From assembly GCF_035084215.1 (NCBI RefSeq), contig NW_027139272.1, positions 248,001 to 312,000 of the forward strand: a stretch of DNA of 64,000 nt, in the 5' to 3' direction. A model generated the notes under the pieces. It had not been told where the DNA came from. It searched no databases and was given only the letters and a program-made list of their open reading frames with translations. The position numbers were made by a program, and so were the translations under genes. Shown one piece after another: positions 12,501 to 22,894 of this stretch. How positions within the stretch are numbered: the first letter of the stretch is position 1; the number at the start of each line of letters is the position of its first letter. This DNA is from Heptranchias perlo (taxonomy: Eukaryota).

Positions 12501-15500
12501 CCGCAATACACTCTCCTAGTAAGCACCGATAGATATACCATAAACCTCTCCCCTGGTAAACACTGGTAGATTTACCATAAACCTCTCCCCTGGTAAACAC
12601 TGGTAGATTTACCATAAACCTCTCCCCTGGTAAACACTGGTAGATTTACCATAAACCTCTCCCCTGGTAAACACTGGCAGATTTACCATAAACCTCTCCC
12701 CTGGTAAACACCAGTAGATTTACCATAAACCTCTCCCCTGGTAAACACCAGTAGATTTACCATAAACCTCTCCCCTGGTAAACACCAGTAGATTTACCAT
12801 AAACCTCTCCCCTGGTGAACACTGATAGATTTACCCTAATCCCCTTTCTCAGTCAACACCGATAGATTTACCATAACCCCGTCTCCTGGTAAACACCGAT
12901 AGATTTACCCGAATCCCCTCTCTCGGTAAACACCGATAGATTTACCGCAATACACTCTCCCGGTAAACACATATAGATATACCGCAATGCACTCTCCCGG
13001 TAAACACCAATAGATATACCGCAATACACTCTCCCGGTAAACACCGATAGATATACCGCAATACACTCTCCCGGTAAACACCGATAGATATACCGCAATA
13101 CACTCTCCTAGTAAGCACCGATAGATATACCATAAACCTCTCCCCTGGTAAACACTGGTAGATTTACCATAAACCTCTCCCCTGGTAAACATTGGTAGAT
13201 TTACCATAAACCTCTCCCCTGGTAAACACCAGTAGATTTACCATAAACCTCTCCCCTGGTAAACACCAGTAGATTTACCATAAACCTCTCCCCTGGTAAA
13301 CACCAGTAGATTTACCATAAACCTCTCCCCTGGTGAACACTGATAGATTTACCCTAATCCCCTTTCTCAGTCAACACCGATAGATTTACCATAACCCCCT
13401 CTCCTGGTAAACACCGATAGATTTACCCGAATCCCCTCTCTCGGTAAACACCGATAGATTTACCGCAATACACTCTCCCGGTAAACACCGATAGATAAAC
13501 CGCAATACACTCTCCCGGTAAACACCAATAGATATACCGCAATACACTCTCCCGGTAAACACCGATAGATATACCGCAGTACACTCTCCCGGTAAACACC
13601 GATAGATATACCGCAATACACTCTCCCGGTATACACCGATAGATATACCGCAATACACTCTCCCGGTAAACACCAATAGATATACCACAATACACCCTCC
13701 CGGTAAACACCGATAGATAAACCGCAATACACTCTCCCGGTAAACACCAATAGATAAACCGCAATACACTCTCCTAGTAAGCACCGATAGATATACCATA
13801 AACCTCTCCCCTGGTAAACACTGGTAGATTTACCATAAACCTCTCCCCTGGTAAACACTGGTAGATTTACCATAAACCTCTCCCCTGGTAAACACTGGTA
13901 GATTTACCATAAACCTCTCCCCTGGTAAACACTGGCAGATTTACCATAAACCTCTCCCCTGGTAAACACCAGTAGATTTACCATAAACCTCTCCCCTGGT
14001 AAACACCAGTAGATTTACCATAAACCTCTCCCCTGGTAAACACCAGTAGATTTACCATAAACCTCTCCCCTGGTGAACACTGATAGATTTACCCTAATCC
14101 CCTTTCTCAGTCAACACCGATAGATTTACCATAACCCCGTCTCCTGGTAAACACCGATAGATTTACCCGAATCCCCTCTCTCGGTAAACACCGATAGATT
14201 TACCGCAATACACTCTCCCGGTAAACACCGATAGATATACCGCAATACACTCTCCCGGTAAACACCAATAGATATACCGCAATACACTCTCCCGGTAAAC
14301 ACCAATAGATATACCGCAATACACTCTCCCGGTAAACACCAATAGATAAACCGCAATACACCCTCCCGGTAAACACCAATAGATAAACCGCAATACACTC
14401 TCCCGGTAAACACCAATAGATATACCGCAATACACTCTCCCGGTAAACACCGATAGATTTACCCTAATCCCCTCTCTCCTGGTAAACACCGATAGATTTA
14501 CCCAAATCCCCTCTCTCGGTAAACACCGATAGATTTACTCCAATCCCCTCTCTCGGTAAACACCGATTGATTGACCCTAATCCCCTCTCTCCTGGTAAAC
14601 ACCGATAGATTTACCTCAATCCACTCTCTCGGTGAACACCGATAGATTTACCCTAATCCCCTCTCCTGGTAAACACCGATAGATTTACCCTAATCCCCTC
14701 TCTCCTGGTAAACACCGATAGATTTACCCAAATCCCCTCTCTCGGTAAACACCGATAGATTTACCCTAATCCCCTCTCTCGGTGAACACCGATAGATTTA
14801 CCCTAATCCCCTCTCTCGGTGAACACCGATAGATTTACCCTAATCCCCTCTCTCGGTGAACACCGATAGATTTACCCTAATCCCCTCTCTCGGTGAACAC
14901 CGATAGATTGAGCCTAATCCCCTCTCTCGGTGAACACCGATAGATTTACCCTAATCCCCTCTCTCCTGGTAAACACCGATAGATTTACCCTAATCCCCTC
15001 TCTCGGTGAACACCGATAGATTTACCCTAATCCCCTCTCTCCTGGTAAACACCGATAGATTTACCCTAATCCCCTCTCTCGGTGAACACCGATAGATTTA
15101 CCCTAATCCCCTCTCTCGGTGAACACCGATAGATTTACCCTAATCCCCTCTCTCGGTGAACACCGATAGATTTACCCTAATCCCCTCTCTCAGTAAACAC
15201 CGATAGATTTACCCTAATCCCCTCTCTCGGTGAACACCGATAGATTTACCCTCATCCCCTCTCTCGGTGAACACCGATAGATTTACCCTAATCCCCTCTC
15301 TCAGTAAACACCGATAGATTTACCCTAATCCCCTCTCTCAGTAAACACCGATAGATTTACCCTAATCCCCTCTCTCGGTGAACACCGATAGATTTACCAT
15401 GTGAGGTTTGGTGTTAACGCTGTTGTCTGTAGCTGTTCTGATGACACAGTGAGTTTATGAAATAGGTGGTTGAGCCCCAGATGAAGATTGCAGGTTCCAT

Positions 15501-15671
15501 CCTTGGTCTGTTTTAATCAGCTGGTCATCCCCATACCTATTACTGAGGAGTCAGGGCCGTCTGGGGCAGCCCCATTCGCAATGGGAAGGACTGCGAGCAG
15601 TCTCTGGATTTCTCCCTACGCCCTGCAATATGGTATTCACTTCATGAACCTCAGACAGTTGAAAGGCTGAG

Positions 15672-15748
15672 TGGACGTTGTTGGGATTCAAACCTGGGAC
15701 CCTTAACCCCTTCGTCCAGCTCTCAACCAGCTGAGCTACCCAACGCTC
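15672..15748 (-). mobile_element. tRNA-derived SINE head or degenerate tRNA pseudogene
   Basis: The minus strand reads TAGCTCAGCTGGTTGAGAGC (A box/D arm) and GGTTTGAATCCC (B-box-like). The anticodon arm and acceptor stem do not fold properly. Confidence 0.55.
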
Positions 15749-16162
15749 TGAAGGAACGTCGACCTGTTGAGCTGAGATTATCGGGGCCCTGGGCCACTGG
15801 CAGAGCCTTGCACACAGCGTGTGGATCATTGGAGGTGCCCACAATTCTTGGTCCATTGCCATTAATGAATGGAAAATCACGGGCAGTGGGCCGACTATTT
15901 ACTGATAAACTGCCCTCTGGGGGTGAGGGCCCATCGCTGGAGCAGGGAGTCCGAAAATACCACCGCCCCCACCCCCCTTCAATGCCGCAACCAACTGGAG
16001 ATACATGCACAAGGATCAAACTTCAATAAACTCTGCACACGGAGACTCATTTGTATTTTTATTATAAAGCCGGACATGATCTCCTTTAAGGATGAAGTGA
16101 AATCATTCATTCAATGTGTATCTAATACGTGAGGTCATTACAGTGAACATAAAAACAAGTCT

Positions 16163-16781
16163 CCCACTCTGACCCGACTGAGTCCCACTCCCCACTCTGA
16201 CCCGACTGAGCCCCACTCCCCACTCTGACCCGACTGAATCCCACTCCCCACTCTGACCCGACTGAGTCCCACTCCCCACTCTGACCCGACTGAGCCCCAC
16301 TCCCCACTCTGACCCGACTGAGCCCCACTCCCCGCTCTGACCCGACTGAGCCCCACTCCCCACTCAGACCCGACTGAGTCCCACTCCCCACTCTGACCCG
16401 ACTGAGTCCCACTCCCCACTCTGACCCGACTGAGCCCCACTCCCCACTCTGACCCGACTGAGCCCCACTCCCCAATCTGACCCGACAGAGCCCCACTCCC
16501 CACTCTGACCCGACTGAGTCCCACTCCCCACTCTGACCCGACTGAGCCCCACTCCCCACTCTGACCCGACAGAGCCCCACTCCCCACTCTGACCCGACTG
16601 AATCCCACTCCCCACTCAGACCCGACTGAATCCCACTCCCCACTCTGACCCGACTGAGGCCCACTCCCCACTCTGACCCGACAGAGCCCCACTCCCCACT
16701 CTGACCCGACTGAATCCCACTCCCCACTCAGACCCGACTGAATCCCACTCCCCACTCTGACCCGACTGAGGCCCACTCCCC
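16163..16781. repeat. 28-bp minisatellite (CCACTCTGACCCGACTGAGCCCCACTCC), about 22 copies
   Basis: Tandem periodicity of 28 bp seen directly (GACCCG at 16171, 16199, ...). Confidence 0.95.
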
Positions 16782-17575
16782 AATTAATTCCTATCCCCTA
16801 TGGACCCACAAATAACAAGAATTGCTTGAGACGGCCCTAAACTCTCCTCACATGAAACCTTTATCGACCTTTCATCTGGGTTGTATTTAAACTCAGGTGA
16901 AAGACAGATTTTCTCATAAACCTCCCCAGTTTAGTAATAGAAGAATCTTTCTGTAACTTTACACACAGAGGAAAATATTCCCCAATTGATGTGATTTTCT
17001 TTATGGATCCTCTATCTCCTGTGGCATTTCTAGCCTGGGCCAAGTTAGCTGACCTGAGCACCAATCATTCTCGGCTCTCCCTGGGCTGGGGGTGAGTCAG
17101 ACTCTGAGCTACGGTTCCTGGTCCTGATCCCTCGCCCGTGTGGGAATCCGGTGGGGCCCGGGTCAGGCTGAGCTGTGATGCCTTCCACAGTCGAATAATA
17201 GCTTGCCAGCAGTCCCCGGGCAGGTTGATATATGAAGGTCGGCCGTGTGGGTAAGATACTGAAGGTACTAGGGCTCTATTGGAATCAGATCAGAGCAAGG
17301 TATCAATACCCCTGTATCGAGAGAAGGGGAAATGTTGATAAAGGTGAACGATTCCCCTGCGGGATTGTGGAGGGGGCGAGTCAGAGGATATACTGTTTCG
17401 TAAAGAGGGGTGTTATCGGCAAGATATGAGGGGGGAACGTGTCCCCAGAAGGAATTGTGTACTGTATGCAAAGCCGATAACACCTTCTCGATATATCACC
17501 TTGGATTTCAGTATTTTCATGTTCCAGTTATAATTGTCGAATGTTTATAACGTTCTCCCTGTCTATTATTAAAAG

Positions 17576-18106
17576 TGCTGGCTCTGATCACTCTCGATCC
17601 CAGAACCGGGCAGTCCAGGCTTGTAGTACCTGAGGACCTGACCATGGTGGACGCCAATGATCTGAGCCAATAACCTAAACAACGTCTGCCAGGGGTATGA
17701 GCAGTGCACCTGCGTTCTGAGCAGCCAGGGATTCACCTCAGGGAATCACTACTGGGAGATGGAGGCGGCCAACAAGACCCACTGGGACTTGGGACTGGCC
17801 CAGGAGATGGCCAACAGGAAGGGGCAGATCACGCTGACCCTCGATTGGGTAGTGGACCATCTGTCAGAGGTACGAGCACATCGAAGGGGCTCTGACCTCA
17901 CCCTCCACTGTCCTCAAACTAACAACCAAGCCCAGGAAGGTCAGGGTCTATGAGGGAGGACAGGTGTCCTTTTACAATGCTGATGACATGTTCCATCTCT
18001 GCACTTTTTCACTCACACGTTCAAAGACAAACTGTTCCCTTTCTTTAATCCTTGGTTGAACAAAAGTAGGAGAAACACGGAACCTCTTTTAAACGGCGTC
18101 ATTTGA
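17576..18106 (+). pseudogene. Disabled B30.2 (PRY-SPRY) terminal exon of a TRIM- or butyrophilin-type gene
   Basis: After the acceptor ...ATTAAAAG (17575), manual translation across three frameshifts gives ITLDPRTGQSRLVVPEDLT / CVLSSQGFTSGNHYWEMEAANKTHWDLGLAQEMANRKGQITL / [44 protein letters not shown] / [20 protein letters not shown]. These match the LDP, GxHYWEV, VSFY and LxPFFxP motifs. Stops are TAA 17671 and TAG 17850, and the usual LDY is missing. Confidence 0.88.
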
Positions 18107-19409
18107 AACTGTAATGAGTTAACGGGGCCGAATTCTCCTGGAGAGGTAACGGGGGGCTCACGACACACGTCGTTATTAATGCACAAATCGGCCAGCAAGG
18201 TCAGGGGATTAAGAGACACACCGTGAGATGCAAATCTCCGGAATTTGCTGGTCGATTTACGCCGTTCCACCATTTGCTTCTCACGACCTCAACCTCCGTT
18301 ATTTTTAAGAACTTGCTGGATTTGCACATTAATCGCCCGTTAAACTCGCCTCAAAGTCAGGGCTGGAACTTAACATCGTAAATACCCTCTTAACAATGTG
18401 ATAATTGTTAATGCCAATCAATCTCTCCAGCCCAGAAAGGGGACGATTTAAACTGGTGAATCTCACCCGGCAGGTAGTAAATTCTTCTGAGAGATTTTTA
18501 AAATTTAAAATTTTACTTTTTTTTTCTTACTTTTCCTTTCTGTCTCTTTTTAATCCAATATTTTCTTCCCTCTTTATTTCTCTTTCAGTCCCTGATTTGA
18601 CACTAATTCACTCTGTCGTTCCTCTGATTCTTTCTCAATCCTTAAATCTCAATGGTTAAGGAGATGGACTTTTGGTCTCGACAGTCACTGAGGTCCCAGA
18701 TTCCCCTTTGCCCTCTCCGTGCCCGTTATCAGCTCGCACTTCCAGAAAGTTGACTGCACACGAGGTGATATCCAGTATGGGGTTATCGTTAAGTCTTTTC
18801 ACACTCGGCCTCTGTAACCATCTCCCATCACCATAAGCATCAGTAATAAGGTGCCCACTTAAACCGTATTAAGTAGGCCGACCATTTCGGGCAGTTCAAA
18901 CAGCTGTTCGCACATCTGTAAAGGGCGATCACCTGTCATTATGTCCTTCCAGGCAGCCCCCTGCTGCCATCTGTCACCCCCCCATCCCGCGCCCCTCCAT
19001 GGCCGCTATAACTCCTGCGATTACTTCTCACAAATATTGACCTGCTGTGGTGGTGGAGTGGGCCGGAGATGAAACTGGCCAGGACCGCTGCGTGTTTCAG
19101 CCCGAACTCCAGAACCTCTTTAGCAGAACGCTCCCCGTGTCCCCACTCGGAGCAGTAGATACGCAGAGTAAACTCTCATCACGAGTAATGAATCTTACAT
19201 TAATCGGCTACTTTAGAAACTTCACCAGGAAACCCACCCCGGCTGCAATGGCGAGAGTAGAGTAAAGGGTCACACTCACAGCATGGCAACGGCCAATCAC
19301 AAACCAAAAATTGATGCTGTCGCCAGTGTTTAAATCTAAACTTGAGTGACGTGAGTTTACAAAATATATCTCGAAAATACCAACAGGTTTCAAGAGGCCT
19401 GACCCTGAT

Positions 19410-20820
19410 CAGTGTGAGGGAGCACTGCGCTGTCAGAGGGGCAGTACTGAGGGAGTGCTGCAATGTCAGAGGGGCAGTGCTGAGGGAGTGCTGCACTGTC
19501 AGAGGGGCAGTACTGAGGGAGTGCTGCACAGTCGGAGAGCAGTACTGAGGGAGTGCTGCACAGTCGGAGGGCAGTACTGAGGGAGTGCTGCACAGTCGGA
19601 GGGCAGTACTGAGGGAGTGCTGCACAGTCGGAGGGCAGTACTGAGGGAGCGCTGCACAGTCAGAGGGGCAGTGCTGAGGGAGTGCTGCACAGTCAGAGGG
19701 CAGTACTGAGAGAGTGCTGCACAGTCGGAGGGGCAGTACTGAGGGAGTGCTGCACAGTCGGAGGGCAGTACTGAGAGAGTGCTGCACTGTCAGAGGGGCA
19801 GTACTGAAGGAGTGCTGCACAGTCGGGTCGGAGGGGCAGTGCTGAGAGAGTGCTGCACTGTCAGAGGGGCAGTACTGAGGGAGCACTGTGCTGTCAGAGG
19901 GGCAGTACTGAGAGAGCACTGCGCTGTCGGAGGTGCAGTACTGAGAGAGTGCTGCACAGTCGGAGGGCAGTACTGAGGGAGCGCTGCACAGTCGGAGGGC
20001 AGTACTGAGGGAGTGCTGCACAGTCGGAGGGCAGTACTGAGGGAGTGCTGCACAGTCGGAGGGCAGTACTGAGGGAGTGCTGCACAGTCGGAGGGCAGTA
20101 CTGAGGGAGCGCTGCACAGTCAGAGGGGCAGTGCTGAGGGAGCGCTGCACTGTCGGAGGGTCAGTCCTGAGGGAGCGCTGCACTGTCGGAGGGTCAGTAC
20201 TGAGGGAGCGCTGCACTGTCGGAGGGTCAGCACTGAGGGAGCGCTGCACTGTCGGAGGGTCAGTACTGAGGGAGTGCTGTACTATCTGAGGGTCAGTACT
20301 GAGGGAGTGCTGTACTATCTGAGGGACAGTACTGAGGGAGTGCTGCACTGACGGGGTGCCATCTTTCGGATGAGATGTTAAACCGAGGCCCTGTCTAACC
20401 TCTCTGGCAGACGTAAAAGATCCCATAACACTATTTCGACCACCCACTGAGCAATAGCTGACACCGTTGGGTGGTGGTAGACGGGTTCGTGCGAGGGGGA
20501 TTCACCTGCTATTCGCGGTGGACGATGTGACCTGATGGCCGAGCCCCTGGAGGTGGTGGGAAGCATGGCGAGGGTTTGTGCTGTATCCTGTTCTCCCTGG
20601 TGTCCTGGCCAATATTTATCCCTCAACCAACATCACTGAAAAACAGATGATCTGCTCATTATCACGTTGCTGTTTGTGGGATCTTGCTGAGTGTAAATCG
20701 GCTGCCATGTTTACTACATGACAACAGTGACTACACTTCAAAAGTACTTCATTGGCTGTAAAGGTTTGGGACGACCTATGGTCGTGAAAGGCGCCATATA
20801 AATGCAAGTACTTTCTTTCA
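19410..20820 (+). mobile_element. Deu-domain SINE (SacSINE1/AmnSINE1-like) with internal 32-33-bp tandem expansion (about 19410-20350)
   Basis: An array of CAGTACTGAGGGAGTGCTGCACAGTCGGAGGG is followed by GTGCCATCTTTCGGATGAGATGTTAAACCGAGGCCC...GTGACTACACTTCAAAAGTACTTCATTGGCTGTAAAG...TATAAATGCAAGTACTTTCTTT. About 145 bp of foreign sequence lies at about 20440-20585. Confidence 0.8.
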
Positions 20821-21044
20821 ATCCAATTGTCCCCTCTCGGTGGGAGCGAACCTTTGGCTTAACTGTAGAATTCTTGCCCCTGAGTCAGAAAGGGCAGGGT
20901 TTGATCCCCAGTCCCAGCGAGTGGAGACTCACCCTGAATTCTGGGTTGACATCTAGCGGAATACTTGCCTCTGGTGTGTGGGTGTGGGTTGTGGGAACTT
21001 TTGCTGTATAGGACAAACCACAGCTGGTATAAACATGGGTATGG

Positions 21045-22372
21045 CCAGGTACACCATGGGCTAGATAGAGTGAATCTCCCTCTACACTGTCCCATCAAAC
21101 ACTCCCAGGGCAGGTACAGCATGGGTTAGATACAGAGTAAAGCTCCCTCTACACTGTCCCATCAAACACTCCCAGGGCAGGTACAGCATGGGCTAGATAG
21201 AGTGAATCTCCCTCTACACTGTCCCATCAAACACTCCCAGGCCAGGTACAGCATGGGTTAGATACAGAGTAAAGCTCCCTCTACACTGTCCCATCAAACA
21301 CTCCCAGGCCAGGTACAGCATGGGTTAGATACAGAGTAAAGCTCCCTCTACACTGTCCCATCAAACACTCCCAGGGCAGGCACAGCACGGGTTAGATACA
21401 GAGTAAAGCTTCCTCTACACTGTCCCATCAAACACTCCCAGGGCAGGTACAGCAGGGGTTAGATGCAGAGTAAAGCTCCCTCGGCACTGTCCCATCAAAC
21501 ACTCCCAGGGCAGGTACAGCACGGGTTAGATACAGAGTAAAGCTCCCTCTACATTGTCCCATCAAACACTCCCAGGGCAGGTACAGCATGGGTTAGATAC
21601 AGGGTAAAGCTCCCTCTACACTGTCCCATCAAACACTCCCAGGGCAGGTACAGCACGGGTTAGATACAGGGTAAAGCTCCCTCTACACTGTCCCATCAAA
21701 CACTCCCAGGGCAGGTACAGCAGGGGTTAGATGCAGAGTAAAGCTCCCTCTACACTGTCCCATCAAACACTCCCAGGGCAGGTACAGCACGGGTTAGATA
21801 CGGAGTAAAGCTCCCTCTACATTGTCCCATCAAACACTCCCAGGGCAGGTACAGCACGGGTTAGATACAGAGTAAAGCTCCCTCTACACTGTCCCATCAA
21901 ACACTCCCAGGGCAGGTACAGCACGGGTTAGATACAGGGTAAAGCTCCCTCTACACTGTCCCATCAAACACTCCCAGGGCAGGTACAGCATGGGTTAGAT
22001 ACAGAGTAAAGCTCCCTCTACACTGTCCCATCAAACACTCCCAGGGCAGGTACAGCATGGGTTAGATACAGGGTAAAGCTCCCTCTACACTGTCCCATCA
22101 AACACTCCCAGGGCAGGTACAGCATGGGTTAGATACAGAGTAAAGCTCCCTCTACACTGTCCCATCAAACACTCCCAGGGCAGGTACAGCATGGGTTAGA
22201 TACAGAGTAAAGCTCCCTCTACACTGTCCCATCAAACACTCCCAGGGCAGGTACAGCACGGGTTAGATACAGAGTAAAGCTCCCTCTACACTGTCCCATC
22301 AAACACTCCCAGGGCAGGTACAGCACGGGTTAGATGCAGGGTAAAGCTCCCTCTGCACTGTCCCATCAAACA
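21045..22372. repeat. 67-bp minisatellite, about 20 copies, just downstream of the class I gene stop
   Basis: Unit GGGTTAGATACAGAGTAAAGCTCCCTCTACACTGTCCCATCAAACACTCCCAGGGCAGGTACAGCAY, period 67 (21123, 21190, ...). Confidence 0.95.
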
Positions 22373-22534
22373 TCTGAAGAAGGAGCACGGGTGATATTCT
22401 GGGTGGTCCTGGCACGTACACCAGTTAAGAGTTTGCAACTTCAGGAGAATATGGGAGGAGAATGGAAGAAAATATATCGTTCGTGGAATTAACTCCTGAA
22501 AATGGATCTTGTTGGTCAGCAGGTGAGGAACCTG

Positions 22535-22780
22535 CTGTTCTCTGCTCGTCTCTGACATTGTCTGTCTCTGCTGGACTCTGTCGCTTTCTGCTGGTCTCTG
22601 CCAGTCCCTTCTGGTCTCTGATGTTCTCTGCTGGTCACTGCAGAACTCTGCCGGTCTTACTGATCTCTGCCGGTCACTGCAGGACTCTGCCGGTCTCTGC
22701 TCATCACGGCAGGACTCTGCCAGTTTCTACTGGTCTCTGATGGGCTTTGCTGGTCTCTGATGGGCTCTGCTGGTCTCTCC
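22535..22780 (-). repeat. Degenerate 10-bp repeat (AGAGACCAGC-like) spanning the cytoplasmic tail and 3' UTR
   Basis: Minus strand: AGAGACCAGC AGAGCCCATC AGAGACCAGC AAAGCCCATC AGAGACCAGT AGAAACTGGC AGAGTCCTGC ... Confidence 0.8.
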
Positions 22781-22894
22781 TGTTTTGCCTCTTGCTCCAG
22801 AAGCCAATTCCGACGATGATGCCAAGAAGAGTGAGTGAGACGGCTGCTGCTCCAGTCCCAATCCCGACATTCGTGCCTCCTTCTGTCGCCCTCT
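22704..22894 (-). CDS. MHC class I-like exon: connecting peptide, transmembrane helix and cytoplasmic tail
   Basis: Acceptor TTCAATAG, phase 1 with alpha3. Translation ERATEGGTNVGIGTGAAAVSLTLLGIIVGIGFWSKRQNRRDQQSPSETSKAHQRPVETGRVLP ends at TGA TGA. The hydrophobic segment is followed by a basic stop-transfer KRQNRR. Not present in the ORF track. Confidence 0.8.

Larger units (their letters stand above)
1..15400. repeat. 37-bp satellite array with three monomer subtypes and higher-order organisation; runs off the left edge of the window
   Basis: Monomers: A GGTAAACACCGATAGATATACCGCAATACACTCTCCC, B GGTAAACACTGGTAGATTTACCATAAACCTCTCCCCT, C GGTAAACACCGATAGATTTACCCTAATCCCCTCTCTC (plus a 39-bp +CT variant). 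They form A-B-C blocks. The array ends at ...GATTTACCAT near 15400. Confidence 0.97.

Noticed and set aside
79-14489. Dozens of minus-strand ORFs (VFTGRVYCGISIGVYRESVLRYIY...)
   Set aside because: They are translations of the 37-bp A monomer, open in all three frames because that strand lacks stop codons. There is no unique coding sequence.
1-15400. CRISPR-like appearance (37-bp unit with an internal hairpin)
   Set aside because: Units are contiguous with no unique spacers, there are no cas genes, and the context is vertebrate.
15672-15748. Functional tRNA gene
   Set aside because: A and B boxes are recognisable, but there is no proper anticodon arm and the T-loop is mutated (GTTTGAA). More consistent with a SINE head.
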